This document shows, piece after piece, positions 49,247-64,000 of a stretch of DNA of 64,000 bases. Numbering within the stretch: position 1 is the first letter of the stretch; the number at the start of each line of letters is the position of its first letter. This DNA is from Lobosporangium transversale (Eukaryota), in assembly GCF_002105155.1 (NCBI RefSeq), contig NW_019029013.1:124001-188000 (forward strand), in the 5' to 3' direction. The notes beneath the pieces were generated by a model. It made no database searches and was not told the origin of the DNA. It saw nothing but the letters and a program-made list of their open reading frames with translations. Position numbers and translations under genes: made by a program.

Positions 49247-52135
49247 CAGATATCAATACCTACTAAGATCTGAAGAAGAGAAAAAAAGTGTAATGAATAC
49301 CGTATATCTGAGCTCAACCACCTTTTGCTCCTTCTTATATGGTCCATCAAACCGCATTCATTTTTAGACGATACTACGACTCGGAAGTTGATCAGACTGT
49401 TGCTTCCACGTCAACATGTACCAGAGATGTGTGCCATCAAAGTCATGGGATGCTTAGGCAGACGGCTTGCCTTTTCAAACCAAGTAAATTGTTCAACACA
49501 TGGAAAGCGATGCTCTTTGGATCTCAACTCACAGAGACTTTGTTGAGAATAACTATCTTATCTTTATTATATCTATGGCTATGGTATTTAGGCAGCATTA
49601 CTTCGATGGATGATTGTTGTTTATAACGTCATTGACAGTCGGACAAAACTCCAGCGGCTCTACGGGGTCGCATTCCATTATCTGTCCTATGAAACGTTGA
49701 GGTAGCTTCAAATGTGAACAAATAAGTTTAACTGTAGGACAATAAAAGCGCACAGCTGGGTTATACTGCATCCATCTGTCTGACAAAGTTTAATTTTTCT
49801 ACATAGGACACCGCTATGCCATCTTCTCTACTATATGACCCGGCGGGAAGATGTGAAGCCTTACAGGATTAGGAAGCTGTATGCAGAAAGAGGAAAGAGA
49901 GGCTTTGGATTGTTGAATAATATCAAAGAATATTAAACTAAAAGCAAGGGATATGTTTTATATGATGTTTCTCTCTTGGGACTGTTTAGTATGGACCTAC
50001 AGATGACAGTCGGAAAGGAGCCAGTACTTGTAGGGCTGCTTCATGTTTATAAGTCCTATTTTCCGGATTTGATTCTGGCTCCATTGACAATATCAAATCG
50101 AACCATTTTTAAGTGTCCAGACCAGCCCATGTCGATCTTGATAATGGGATTGCAGGAGAAGTGGAGCCATCTTAATCAAGGTCAAGAGACGACACTTGTT
50201 GCCTCCAAGGCTCCTATTGTCAGAAGCGGGGTAAACAACAGTAGAGGATTGCCATCATGTCTCTGTCCTTCAAAAAAAAAAAAAAAAAAAAAAAAAAATT
50301 AGAACTGACAGTAACACTCTTCTACTTGTATACATTTACTTTTAGGTCAAAAGACAAAAAACTTCACATACTTCTCTTCCTGACGCATACTCTATATATC
50401 GTAAAGGAGATGATGTAGGGAGTCAGCACGCACTAACACAGAAAATAACGCATTGATATGACTATCTTAATGGAATGAAGCTAATTCTATTATTAATGTA
50501 ACGACTGCATTCTTCACAATATAGATAAAAGCAATACCATTATCTCAAATCACCTCTCTAAATTCGCTTGTAAAACACATCGACACTCTTGCTCTTCCGG
50601 ACCAACTTTCCTCTGTGCTTTCCAATCGAGTATTACAACATGTTCTCTGTTTGCAACCTTCACAGTCAGTTGTGGAACGGATAAGTTACTGGCTTGGGCA
50701 AGAACTAATGGATCTTTGGTATTGGAGGGAGAAAACAAATGCTACAAAAGCTCGGTTTGAGGGTATCCTTTCCAAGGTGGTGGAGATTACTGCCATGATC
50801 AAGGTGAGTCTATATAGGCGAAGTATACTGTTTACTTGCTTTCTATGATTATTCAGCCCAACAATACTCATGCTGTAGTTTTACTTCGTTATTTCCTTTG
50901 TCGGATTTCCTGCCTTTAAGGATCTGCTGCCTATTGTTGAACAGTTCCTAATGTCGTTTCTCAGGATCTGGAATGGAGAAGATCATCAAAGAAATATCTT
51001 TACTCTTTTGACATATCTGCGACCTCGCTCATATGAAGGTTTGTTTACTTGGCTTTCATATGTTAATGTATTTGCTGTGAGCTCAGTACTTGTTGAAAAG
51101 ACATATCCTTTATAACTTTTATCCTTTTTTCTTTTTATCTGTGCCTCATTGATAGAACTACATGTGCATTTCCTGAAACCATTACATCGTCTTTTTTACT
51201 TCATGGGCCCAGTTTGGAAGGTAAGAAAGGAGCTGGAGAAGAGGAATGAGGAATTGTGAGCACAGTTGAATACAATAGGCGTTTCAGAGCTTAAACTAAA
51301 CTGAAAGGAAACATATATTGTTTTTAGGGTGAACTCATCCTTTGCTACAGAAAGCTGCTTCAGCGTTGGGCACAATTCAAGTGGAATGAATATTTGGAAG
51401 TAGGCCGAAACCCACGGCTCTCAAAGGAGGGCCTGCAAAAGCTGTAAGCAGCATCTCTCTATATTGATTGTTTTCCTTCTGAAAACTTATTAGATATTTA
51501 TTTATTTTATTGCTTTTCTTTTCCTTTTTCTTTATGCCCGCAAAAAAAAAAAGCCGTCGGTTATTTTCAGCACTAGCACCAAATGTGGACTACATGGGGA
51601 CGATAAGGGCATTAATAGGACATGTCGACAGTATTTCTAGCGTGGCGTTGGAGATGGAACACGACCATATAGCGGTCCAACACGCAGTCCTCTCATTTTT
51701 CGATTTTACCTCTTCACTCTCTGGTGTCTATAAAGTCCCTCTGGCGGTCATTTTTCCACACTCGACCATCGTTTATAGGTGTTTCCTCTCAGATTCAGGT
51801 ATGGCACTCTCGAGAATCTGTGGGATCGTGTATCAATATAAACAAGCGTTCGAGTCGTTTGAAAAGGATCAGCAGCTGCAATACGAGCTGCTAGTACAAT
51901 CGCAGATGTCTACACGGAAAAGCGACACTGGCGATGACAACCCAGCAGGGAAACAATCACTACAAGCAGGCGCAGCCCTACCGGCACCGTTCGAAGTTCC
52001 AGGATATAATCGTGAATACGTTGTGCTGTTCAATAGCTTTGTAATGGACATCTGCAACTTTCTATGGCGGAACCGTGCTTTTAATAAGACAGACAAAAAT
52101 GCACTAGGATTTTCAATGGACCAGTACGTGCCCCT

Positions 52136-52167
<32 letters not shown>

Positions 52168-52227
52168 GATGATTGTTTGCTTATGCTGAGATGATTGTTC
52201 TCTTTCTCACCGTGCTGTTTTATTTTA

Positions 52228-52259
<32 letters not shown>

Positions 52260-52719
52260 AAAGTCGTACCATTACGCAAATAAAGCGAGTATGTGCAGAT
52301 GCTGGACTCAATATGAACAATATGATGTCTATCACTCATTCGATCGCCATGTCTGGCTATTCTGCGAGATTCCTAAAGGTAACAGTTCGGCATCTTTCTT
52401 TAAATAAAGGAAAAAGAAAGAAAAAGAAAAGGAAATGCATACCATGTCATCACCAAAATAACACCTTGCATCCATTGCTTGCCCGTCTACCTAGTCACTT
52501 GAAGAACAAAATAACATTCCTGAGGAGAAGCGACTTCGAGCCCCTGCATCGAGCTCTGCACTTAAAGATATGGTCACTAAAGGAGGCCTAAATATGAAAT
52601 TTGATGAATTTCGCGTCCAGTACCTTGATCATCTAGAGCAGAATGGGTTTGAAGGGATCTCACAGTTCCTCTTTGATAGTATCACTGCCTTGTTACAACG
52701 GAAACTCCAAAGTCAATAA
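48681..52719 (+). CDS. Inner kinetochore protein CENP-I/Mis6-like, many short exons
   Basis: Spliced segments ALLRWMIVVYNVIDS...LYGVAFHYLSYETLR|TPLCHLLYYMTRREDVKPYRIRKL, VERISYWL, FNSFVMDICNFLWRNRAF, FRVQYLDHLEQNGFEGISQFL; stop 52717-52719. Start codon and first splice junction are uncertain. Confidence 0.82.
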
Positions 52720-53138
52720 GGGCAACGAGAAGTAGCAAAGGAGAAGTCGGCAGCAAAAGAAACAAGAGATAGCATTATTGTCACCAGCTGAGAACCCTGT
52801 TTCTTCTTCAAATGGTGAAACATAAATAAAAGTGCAATGCACCTTTTACCGCCACTGTTATCAGCGCTTCTCTCCTCATTTACTCTTAAAATCAAACGAA
52901 TATTGACTGACTAGAACTATAATGCCATCGAACAGTAGGCTGTAAATACCAAACAATGAAGCTAAATAAAGGACAAACAAGTCGTTGGATGTAAAGCGAA
53001 GATAATAAAAAAATAGCTTCTAATTCCTTTTTGAGATGAAGCATTATTATATTATATTATATTAAAGGGAAAAATTCACTGTCAATCTCAATTTACTATA
53101 CATGGTGGTTTACTGGAATTATACAATATATATTAAAA

Positions 53139-56100
53139 CTATGCGACCTGTGCCTGCATTGCGGTCTTGGGCTGAAGTGGTTGGTAACGCTCTGACATCA
53201 GCTCTTCTCGTTGATCATAGCGTTCGCTGGCTTGTGGTACTATCGCTCGTGCCGCTGCAGATATTCTCTCATCCTCCAACCTATCAACCATCACCCACCC
53301 AACAGCTCTATCCTGGACAGGCTCCAACATCACCCATCCGCTCTCCTGTCCAGCCATGTGCTCGATACACATCCACGGGAATACTTCATCCATCGACTCT
53401 ATTGTTCTTGTCATCACATCTTGACGCTTCACACCCACAGGGAACAATCTGCGCTTACGGCCTCCACTGTTTGATTTATGAATTGTTGTTGGCAAGGCTG
53501 AGGCCAAGGAAGTTGTTGATCCCGAAAGATATAGATTGGCCAACTTCTTGGATTTTCTTCCAAAGAGTTTGTTCCTTCCTTTGCTCTTGACAGCAACAGC
53601 TGCAACATCCGAGGTTGCAGAGGCAGTACGCTTGTGTTGCCTTTTATAACGAGCTCCCGGCGAAGACGACACAGAAGAACCATGTCCACCACCACCAACA
53701 ACAGCTGTTCCAGGCTTCGTGATGGTTTTGGAAGGTGAAAAGGGCGCTCCCCCTGTTGCTGATGGCCTGTCGGACATACTCCTCTGAACACTGTCGCGTC
53801 CTTCTCCATCCGCCGCTGGGAATCCTGTTGCTGAAATCGCATCGATCGATCGTGCTGATTTGAGACTGCCATTCGGGCTGAGGTTCGGGCTCGGGTAGAT
53901 TTGCTGTACTTGCTGAGGGCTCGCGATCGACTTGCTGGTGATAGTGGGTGGGTGAGGAAATAGATCCAGTTGGGGCATGATCGAGTCCTTCGCAAATGTG
54001 CCGCTGCTGATGATCATGGCTTGACCGTTCCTTCTCGCAGATTCCGCTTTGAGCGCCGCTAGCGCCTCGGGGTCGCTCGCCACTGCCAGGAAGCTTTCTC
54101 TGGCAACTTTCATCGCCGCAGCCCTCTGCGCCTGGCTGGGTCCTCGTTGTTGATTCTGTGCTTGTTCTTGACCTAGCTGTCCCGGGAGTTCCAAAGTTGG
54201 GCTGGGCAAGCTGGCTGATAATATTCTCATATGATCGCTGTCTTGCTGCCACTGGTGCTGCCACTGGTGCTGCTGCTGCTGAGGACCCTCCTGGGACAGT
54301 TGAAGTTGATGTAGCTGAGTCGGTTCAATGAAATAATCAGATTTGAATCCTATTTCCGAGAATTGATTCCATCGCAATTGGTAGTAGAGCTTACCATCCT
54401 TCAAAAGAGTTGCGGTTGAGAAACTGAGTTCCTTCTCGACCACATCTGTCTTGGGGATGATCGACTCCGTTGATGTTGCTGGTGTCTCTGACTGCCCTGA
54501 AAACTTCTTTGACTCCTTTGCTTTCGCATTATCATCGTCTATTTTTACAATAAATTAATCCCAAACAAAGGAAATAAAGAAAGAGGTATGATTTAGAAAC
54601 CTGCATATCTTTTTTTTTTTTTTTTTTTTTTTTTTGGCAATTACAAGGCTTAAAGCACAAGATTCATATGGTTCATAAAAGAGTTGATTTTGGCATACCA
54701 CTATCTTTGGCAGTTGAATGAGACTGCTGCAGAGACTTTACGGAGAGTATAGGGCCTGACTTGGGCTTTTGAAGCTCTTTCCTAATAGATTGGGAGCTAC
54801 TCGAGCTAAGAAGTACCTCAGATTTACGACGTATGCCTGTGAATCCTGCTGGATGAAGTTCTCTGTGTTGCTGTTGCTGCATTCCATTTACTGTTGGATT
54901 CGAATTGACGTTGTCGGATTGGATAGGAATGGGCGACTGAGCAAACTGTTTACAGTTCTCCAGAGTCTCCGATCCAGATCCACTCTGGAAGGGTGCTGGT
55001 GCGGCGGTGGATGGAAGCTGGTCCTCAGAATTTGAGCAGAAGCTCAACTCTGTGGGGCCAAGGCCATCGTTCATAAAACTCAACTCAAGGCGAGGAGGTT
55101 CAAATGAGACCGAAGGCGTTGGCATAGGGACAGCACCAACCTCTTGGTTGGACTTTGCAGCTTTAAGCTGGTCATCACTATGTTTTGAGCGCAATTTGAA
55201 TGAAAGAGCGCGAATGAAGCCAGAGGTTCTGGACTTGCTATCGCTATTCGAGGACTGAGAAGATATCGGTGCTCCAGAGAAGGTCGCGCTCTGTCTAAGA
55301 GAAGGGCGAATCTTAGTGCTTGTGGAGCTGACCGGTCGCTTTTGGCTGTGACTACTCTTGGGAATGGTATTAGTCATTGACCGCCTGGACGCGTCTGCAG
55401 ATGCTGTGCCGCGATAGCCAGAAGGCGGTGAGACAGGGCGTTCAGGAAAGCTTTCGTGGAATTTTGATTTCATTTCAGATCTAGGTGACAAGGGCGCCAT
55501 CGTTGGGATAGGAGCAAACATAATGCTGACCTCTGTAGGCCGAGTGATAGCCTCTGTTGGCTTGAGCTCATCAGCAGAAACTGGCTCGGTTGCGGAGGTG
55601 CTGGCTTCTTCATACTGTGGAGGAAGATTGGTTGTGTTAAGCTCAATCATGGATTTTGGTCGATCATTTGCAGAGATAGAAGAGCCTCGGCGTGATGAGA
55701 CTACCGAACCTCGCTCCAGGTCTAGAGGAGATAGGTGCAATGAGAAAGCAGAGCTGGCTCGAGCGGGATCTTGGTGATCAGCATTTTTAACTTGGAGCAA
55801 TTGGAACCGGATGTCATTGACAACAAGATCTTTTTCCAATTGTACAGCCAGGTCGTGGGCCAAAATGTCCGCTTGCAACTCTTCAGGTCGTCTATGGATA
55901 TAGCTGTACGCTGCAGCTGGATTCATCGAAATGGATCGACGTATAGCAGAGTTTCGTCTCGAATGGTGAGGACGGAAAGAAGGAGAAGTTCTGGAAGGAT
56001 AGTTCTGTGCTACAGCTTGATTGATGCGAGCACGAGTTGGGGACATAACACGTTGAATGGAGCCCTGTGGAGGGATGCTCAAAGATAGGGGGTAGTTTTG

Positions 56101-58017
56101 GTATGCTGGAGGGCCCTGCGAGTGTCCCACATGAGTGGACGGGCTTTGTTGCTTTAAATGATTACGAAGGCCTTGTGGCGAAGGCGTATATGCTGGGCTA
56201 CTCATTCCGAGTCCATTTGCATTATTTGAGCGGCTGACATGTTTGCTAGCTCCGCATGGCTGAGATTGGAAGCTGGTTAAGGATGGTGCATCATTTGAGG
56301 TCATATCTACATGCTTGCTAAAGTCCCAGTTGAGGCCGTCTGCGAAATCTAGGGTAAGGGAGTCGTTCGGATCTTCTTCATGTGCGTGAGACACTTCAGG
56401 GTCTGATTCATAGCCATCAACAGGGGAAGTAACTTCTACAGGAAGCATATAGAGACTCTCCATGTCCGTTACCGAGGACCTTCGTCGCATGGGCTCTGCT
56501 GGACGAAGCATACTGTTCCGATCTGATCGCAGGCGATTCAAATGTGATTGATCTTGCATGAGCTCTTCATACTCTGTAATATCGTCTATATGTTGGACGC
56601 TTGGTAACGCAATGGGTGCGGAGACGGGGAAAGTGGGCTTCGCATTCAAATGAGGCTGCGAGGGTGACGCACCATACATTGCACTGGATTGTGAAAGAGG
56701 GGATCCTGGTCGGGGAACAACCATATCAAAATAACCGGTATGATTGGTAGCATATGACTGTGGTGTGCCAGCACCTGGAGTTCGCCAACCTGCCGAGCCT
56801 GGTAAACTTGAACCAGTGCTCGAGGGCAAGGAGATGTCATGTCCAGAAGGGAGATTAATACTATTCGGAATATGTCCAATATCTCGGCTACTCTGACGGG
56901 CACTCTTAAGAACGCGAGTCTCATTGCAGATGTATCTATTTTCATCTACTTCGTCCTCTTGATCAATTTTGGCCAGGTCATATGTAGTCTTGATGCGCAG
57001 GAAAGCTCTTAAAAGATCCTCACATGCAGCTCCCCAGAGGTTGCGCTGCTGCAAGGATGCATCAAATGTTGTGAACTCACGTTCTGGACCAGCCATAATA
57101 CTGAGCGAGATTGCCTTGGCGACAGCAACAAGGGTCATGTTATTGAGATGGGCGAGCAGTGTGACATCAGCACAGAGCGAAAAGAGGTCAAGGAGGATGG
57201 CGCGGTTAGTTGGTGGCAAATTGTGTGCGAATTTGGTGAAGTTACGATCTATAATTCAAGTATAAGGAATAAATTAGTTACTGCCAATGGGGATGAAGCA
57301 GAGTAAATACTATACTACATAATTTCACAATACCTTGCTCTACATAGAGAGATTGATAGTCCTCATAAGTGACAAGGATCTGTTCAGAGTAGCGGATGGC
57401 CCATTTCATGGCATGAGCCACGAGATGAATGTCAATTTGGTGCAATGGCGAGAGCTCTGTGCTTGCGTCGTCGTCGAGAATTATGCGAATCGTGTCAATG
57501 ATGACTTTTTGACTCTGGGCCATTTGGACCTGTCGAAGGATACCCTTAGTTGCCAATCCTATAAAGATGGGAGGATTTGCGTGAGTAACTCCAGATCGGC
57601 CGTTTATACTTCATAAGATTGTCAAAGTGGCAAGTGCATTCGCCCATCACACTAACCTCGTTCACGGATCTCTTTAATGCAGCGTTTAACGATCAATGAT
57701 GTTACTTCCATGGAGAGGTCTGGCAGCGCTTCATGAGGATTGACTTCTTCATCAGCAAAGACCTTCGAAATGAGCCCTTTCTTTTGTATGCTCTTTGCAC
57801 GACGAAGGTTGCCACCGCTTGAGGTGCGAAGCAAAGTGTTTTGGCGTGAAGGCGATTTGGCACCAATGGGTGGCCGAAGTGTCTTGGACCGAGATACACC
57901 ATTTGAGGGTGTGTGGGCAACAGCGCTATTGGATGGCATTGTTGAGTTACCATTACTCTGAGCAGCTCTGAATTGCTCGCGCAAACTCTTTGCACTGGAA
58001 ACAAGTCGAACGGACAT
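53139..58017 (-). CDS. RhoGAP-fold protein with long Ser/Pro-rich C-terminal region, 4 exons
   Basis: IVKRCIKEIRERG|LATKGILRQ, IDIHLVAHAMKWAIRY, LPPTNRAILLDLF, HLNNMT match the RhoGAP layout. An intron at about 54698-54539 joins the 848-aa and 434-aa ORFs in frame. Confidence 0.75.
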
Positions 58018-61000
58018 GATGGATGTCGCAATAGTTGTTAAACAAAAGGGTCGAGAGTAAATTTAAATGAAGAGGGAAGAGAAGAAAGAGGAAAAGAGTA
58101 GGAGTATAGATTGTGTTTGATATGTTGGTATGTTGATGGGAATGTATCGTGAGACTAAGAGTCAGATTGTTGATTCCTGAACGTTGATTCCAGAAGCACA
58201 GGCACACGTCGGTGGTACAAAAACAAAGAGAAAAAGAATATGGTTAGTAACTCATGGGACACAAAGGCGACCTTACAAACCATAATTGTGGTATTTTATT
58301 TTATTTTGCAGAACGGCTAGTGTAAAGGTGTACAAAATGAGGAGTTAATGGAGACGCATGCACAGAGCATGCACCGATTCATGCGGAATGAGAATGAGAA
58401 TGAGAAAAGAGAGAAGGGACGGAAGGAAAGTGAAAGAAAAGAGAAAGAGAAAGAGAGAGGATGGGAAATGGAACGATATTTGTCAAGAGCATTGGACAAG
58501 GGGTATTGCTGATGTTGCAGGTCCTCTTATTTTTGTATTGCGCAGGAGAACGGAGTCATCAAGAGCGCAATGTGTTACGATGGATAAAAATTACTGAAAA
58601 TAGACGAAAGTCTTGTACGATATAACAGCAGTAGATAAGGGTATATGTGGGGGAAGAACGAGAGGATATGAAGATGAATCATAGGATGTTTATAGTGTAA
58701 CAGTGGTGACCAAGTCTCTCCGCTTTGTAACCTCTTTTAACTTTTATGGCTCAACGCGCTCACAAACCCACAAACCCCAGGAATACAGCCAAATGAATAC
58801 TCCAGCCTGTAACTGAATGTTGCGGAGTATAAAAAGACTATAAATACGTTCGTTTTTTTTTTAAAAAAATGAAAATGAAAAAAAAAAAAAAGGTAAAGCT
58901 GCGTGACCGTCTAAATGCACGGCAAGAGGACAAAAGGGCTCTCAAGCCGAATGGAGGGGACTGTAAAGAGGTAAAAAAAAAATAGAAGTGTGGATGATAA
59001 ATTTTGCGGATGGGGGATGGTATTAATGAAGTGCTAGAAATAATTTTGGAGAAAGGACAAGGGGGCAGGATGCATACACGGATTTGACAAGACAAAGCAG
59101 GCAGATGTCTCAAATAAATGAATTATGGAACCATGGCGCGCAGCGACAGTCAAAGGTAAACGTTGACATGTTTCCCCTTTTGAAAGTACAGCCAACTGAA
59201 TATGGTTTAACATCCGCAAGATCCTCTTTTTTTTTAGTCCTCTTGTTCTTTACCTGGAGAGTAGGCTACGCGTGTAGGAGATCCAGCCTTGATTGCGATT
59301 GATGGAACGATGGGTTTTTTGTTTTATTGCTACAGGCTGATAAAAGTGGATAGGCAGATAATCAAAACAGGAAAGGAGTCAGCCCTTCAAAGCTCCAAAT
59401 CGAAGTACAAGCGAATGGACAGGAAGCTGAACATGAAAAAAAGCAGTAGAGAGATCATCCCAATATGTGTGCAATAAGGAGCGGGTCTTCATTAAATAAA
59501 GAAAAGAAAGCTGCAATCAAGGGAAGGATGGGTTTGCAGGACTATGACACAAAAAGGAGCATGACTGACATTACTGACATGGAGAAAGAAAATGAATAAT
59601 CAAGGAGTTCTAGCAAAGGGGACGTGTAACATAAACACAAACAGTGAAAAAGCTCAATTCCATGCGACAGCGCGGCACTGCCATGCGGTACTCTAAGCTG
59701 CACCAGAAACCACATTACAATTCACTACATCCTGGAGCGAAAAATATCGATTCTGATATTGCAACAGGAACAGCGACAATCAGAGACGAAGTGTCGAGAA
59801 ATAAAAGTAAAGGGTAGAAGAAGGAATGGGTTTTGAAAAGTTGTCAAGCACGAAACTCACTCCTCGATTCCTTTTGAAGCGTGTGACCTTACTTTGAGAT
59901 GAAAGAAATTATTCGATTATGGGATGCTTTTTTGTTTTTTTTCGTATCAGTTAATTATATGCGAGAAATGCCGGAGGATAGACGTGAGCTGGGTAGTAAA
60001 GAATTAGGATGTATATGTGTTATTAAGAGTATTACTAGGAAATGTTAGTATGAAGATGAGAGAGACTAATTATTATTAAAAGGAATACATATTAGAATTT
60101 AGATAGTAGGTAAAGGGAACAATAACAGGAACAGTTTTTTTTTTGTGGGCCACAGATGGTGGTATTTATATCAGGGGGGCTATTTGAAAAAGACAAAAAG
60201 ATTGAGTGACAAAACGGGAGATGAATAGCAATGCTTCATAATTTTTTTTAATCGCTTGAGGGATGCACGCAACAAGCGGAAATGGGACTGACAAGGCCAA
60301 ACAGGACAAGGCGACATGGATATTTTGCAGAGGGGTTATAGTAGGTTTGTGTTTGTCTGAGATCGGATTTTCAGCATGCCTTTCTTGTTTATTTGTTTTC
60401 CGTTACAAAGTGTATTCCTACACTTTATCCCGGACATAAGAGAAATGTATTTAGACCAATCTTTAGCAGACCCGCCAGCCCTACCCTTCCACTGTAGCAT
60501 AAACAAATCACCATTCGTGCCCCTCTTATTCGTCCAACTCCATGCACGCGTTATTTCTTTTTTTTTATTTGTTCAAACAATTCAATCCAAACGTCTTTGT
60601 AATTATATCCAGGCATCAATGATCAATGATCGTTTCACGCGTTTATACATCCATGACCTCTTCCTCTTCACTTACGTGCGATAGCAGAGCTGCTCACCAA
60701 CTGTCGGCGTCTTTGTCAGGGAATATTTACCTGCTCACGACATGAATGCCTTGGCAGCTTCCTACATTATCTTTTATTAAGAATCAATGCATCCCTTTAT
60801 TAATATCATTTTTAACTCACAACTGTGTTGAACACTATAAGCACATCTACAAGTCACCAAATAATCCCTGAGACCTTAAAGAGGCAAGTCTTCTTAAGCT
60901 AACGAGGAATTGACCAATGCTCAGCAACTTCTTTGGCAAGGGGAGTGCTTACCTTCTTCCAAGTTCCGATATGCATCCCACCCTTACTACTTGTTAATTT

Positions 61001-61708
61001 TACCGATTTGATGAGGAAAACAATCAACCACACTCATCGAGGAACGTGCACTCTGTTAATGAGCAGTAAAGACGAATAGCCCACAAAAAAAAAAGGGTGA
61101 GGGCCCTTTCCGTAAAAGTTGGCTTTTCTAAAAATGTGCCTAATTGTGATTCCTCCTTCTGGCCAAGAAAGGAATTCTATCGTAAAAAAAAGCAAAGGAA
61201 TGAGAGTTCATACAAGGTTCAGGATCAGAGAAAGAGAGATTTCTTCAACTACATGCTGGTTTCTCCAAGGCCCATGTTTGCAAAATACTAATAAAAAAAC
61301 CACAGAAGTCGTTAGTTCCCGATCCACTCGTGGTGAGTGTTGTGGGCAATTGATATCTATTTAATGTTTAAGTGCTTGTTTACTGTAATTTTATTTTGTC
61401 CCGTGGAATGCTGGTGAATGCATGATGTCTGCCCTGAAAGTCTCAAATTCCGTTTGTTTTGGCTGTGAAGTGGCTAGACTGAAAGTTTATGATAATAATA
61501 ATGCAAACATTGGTATGAGCTTAGGACTATGCCCTAACCTCCATGCCCCATGCACCAGATCTCCCTATTCATCCATTCATCCACCCCCTTCACTCCTTTG
61601 TTCCCCTTTCTTCCTTCGATCGACTTAACTACATGTAACAATCTATATGTCATGAATGCTATGAAACCTTCACACTCCTTAGGCTGTACATGTATAACCT
61701 TACATTTG

Positions 61709-61769
61709 AGGACAGAGGGCAGAAGACAGAGGACAGAGGACAGAGAACAAAGGACAAAAGACAGAGGGC
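61709..61769 (+). repeat. Degenerate 7-bp tandem repeat (GGACAGA-like)
   Basis: ggacaga gggcaga agacaga ggacaga ggacaga gaacaaa ggacaaa agacaga. Confidence 0.75.
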
Positions 61770-62209
61770 TATGTGAGCAAATATCATCCACAGCCAACTA
61801 AACCATTATTGACCGAATAATTGCTACTCTTTACCCGCTCATCTCAATAGAGACGAATGTCAGCGGAGATCATGGAGCGTTTTATCTGTGCTCGTTGACA
61901 TATTGATACCAGTCGAAGAATTGCTCACAAATATTTTGTCCTACACGAATGATACTTCCCAGCACTGTGACATCTCATCAAATAAACACGATAAATACAG
62001 AAGCGTCTTTTCCATAATCTCTGGGAGAACAGTGCAGTTGCTCACGCCATTTATCATCTCAACAAGTATATTCATACATACATGACGGAAGAGCAACTAA
62101 ACAAGAAGTTTTTTGGGGGAAAATGGGAAAGAGGTAAATATCAATAGAGATGGCAATGCCATGTGGCAATGAAAAGTGCCTTGGCTCATGATTTTTGCTA
62201 ATCATCTCA

Positions 62210-62250
<41 letters not shown>

Positions 62251-63623
62251 ACCAAGCAGTAGTAGATAATTAAAAATTGTGTGTGCAATCAATAAAACTA
62301 TGTTGATCAAAAGATTTTTTGACGAAAACTTTTTTATTTTTGACAAGCCAATGCCGCTGTGGCTAAAAAAAAGGAGGGTAGCGCATTGACGCGTCTAATA
62401 CCTCCAAGGGATGCTCCAAAAAAAAAAAAAAAAAAAAAAAAAGACAAGAGGGTGCACACATACTCAAGTAGAAGTATCGATATACTTTGTCGATAGGAAT
62501 CCACCTAAAAGTCACATCCCTCAAGCCAACATCCTGCTAAGCTTGGCATAGAAATAACGTGACATCTTCAATTACCTATGTATACATATATCTATACTGC
62601 TACCTTCACCCAGCCAACAGCGTAAGGAAATAAACATTGATGCAAGGGACGATCGAACGGTAAAAACCTTTTCAGAAGTGGGATGGCATTTCCTTAAAAA
62701 AAATTGCATCATATTCAATGATAGAAATGCAGATCTCAAAAGTGGATATTTTCGGACGCGGAGTGAGGGATTGTTTTTTTCAGCTTATTTACTTCCCATC
62801 AAAAGAGCAATCAAGTCGCCCTGTAGTATTTAGTATTTAGAAGTAATGGTAAAAGTCACTGCAATAGACTATTAGTCCCATGATCTCCTGAAGAGCACGA
62901 CAGGAGCATAACTTTCAAGATAGTAACCACAGAACAATTTTATTCACCAATGAGCATGTAGGCTGTCATAGTATGAGTAGTCCCAACCAATTTTTGTTTC
63001 GCTGGTGGTTATCTTCACCTGGAAAGGAGCCGATTTAATTTTGTATGAATTATATTTCTCTAAATAGTTTACATGGGCAGCCATTAACTCCTTGTATTAT
63101 TTGTCCGGACATGCTTTGTCCCATCAATTCTTGTCGATTAATATCCATAGACTTATTGAAGAAAAAAAAAGCCACTGTACGAATTGACTACAGACACAGT
63201 GGGATGACATTAAGAGAAAGAGAAGGGCTACGAAGGTGAAGACTTAATCGGGGATTAACTAATCGGATTAACTAATTGCTGTTCAAAATTGCTGAAGATT
63301 GGATGCCAACAATTTTATATCCGCATAAGATTTTTGGTCTTTAAAGTCCGGAGTGCATCATCAAAACTATATACATACAGTATTGCTTTTCAATACGTTT
63401 TTGATAGCTCTTTACTAATCAATGCTCTTCGTTCTATACTCCAAGACTGCCTCTATCAGAATCCTGGTGAATATTACACGCTTGGAGCATGTATAAATTA
63501 TCTGTCTGAAGATGCGTCAGATCATATTTGTAATCACAGGAATAAAATAAACCCTAGTCTATTCTCTAGTTCCTTAGAATCATAAGGATCAGTCAGCTGG
63601 ATACTCCTATCCTTTCTGTGAAG

Positions 63624-63654
<31 letters not shown>

Positions 63655-64000
63655 TGGGATCCAAAACGAACTTGATAAGGCAGAGAGCACCGGCTCCTGA
63701 AAAGGGTGGAGGGACGGCATAAGCGGACGGCCTTGGTTTCGGATGAGTCGGCGAAGCTGATGGACATAAACTACGGCCGTGGTCAAGTGCTTGTTGAAAG
63801 CTGTCAAACGAATGATAATTATATGTTCATACTCGAGACAACTAGATAGGATTATTGAGCTGCTCCATGGCTTAGTTGCTTGCGAACAGTTATATCTAAA
63901 GGATCCACATGAAGAATCTACGGAAAAAAACTCAGTAAGAACTATCGATTCCGCCCATGTTTGTTGGAAACTTGAATTCACGTGTGCTCTTTTTGTTCCT

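Noticed and set aside
63289..64000. Short ORFs at the right edge
   Set aside because: Stops in all frames and no recognisable domain; cannot be resolved within the window.

Overview
Intron-rich eukaryotic DNA, not prokaryotic. GT-AG introns, CTAAC/CTGAC branch points, long A/T homopolymers and gene content point to an early-diverging fungus, probably Mortierellaceae/Mucoromycota (inference). Eleven spliced protein-coding genes were identified by hand: kinesin-4-like motor, PHD-finger/AT-hook protein, 238-aa hypothetical protein, VPS9-ankyrin-PX(-BAR) Vrl1-like protein, long-chain acyl-CoA synthetase ending in -AKL, 7-exon Got1/Sft2 protein absent from the ORF track, HIS1, secreted aspartic protease, bacterial-type BtuF/TroA-like binding protein, CENP-I/Mis6 and a RhoGAP-fold protein. 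Best second-look items: a 733-bp non-autonomous Mutator-like element with TIRs and an exact 9-bp TSD between the Sft2 gene and HIS1; an intron-bearing, signal-peptide-less BtuF-like gene; five introns whose 3' AG follows an A-run, four of them after a T-run; a 12-nt microexon carrying a catalytic Asp; and an unexplained block at about 10.9-12.1 kb with a spliced small ORF and a (TTAATGGG)6 array. No CRISPR array, rRNA or tRNA was recognised. All family calls come from motif recognition, not database searches.
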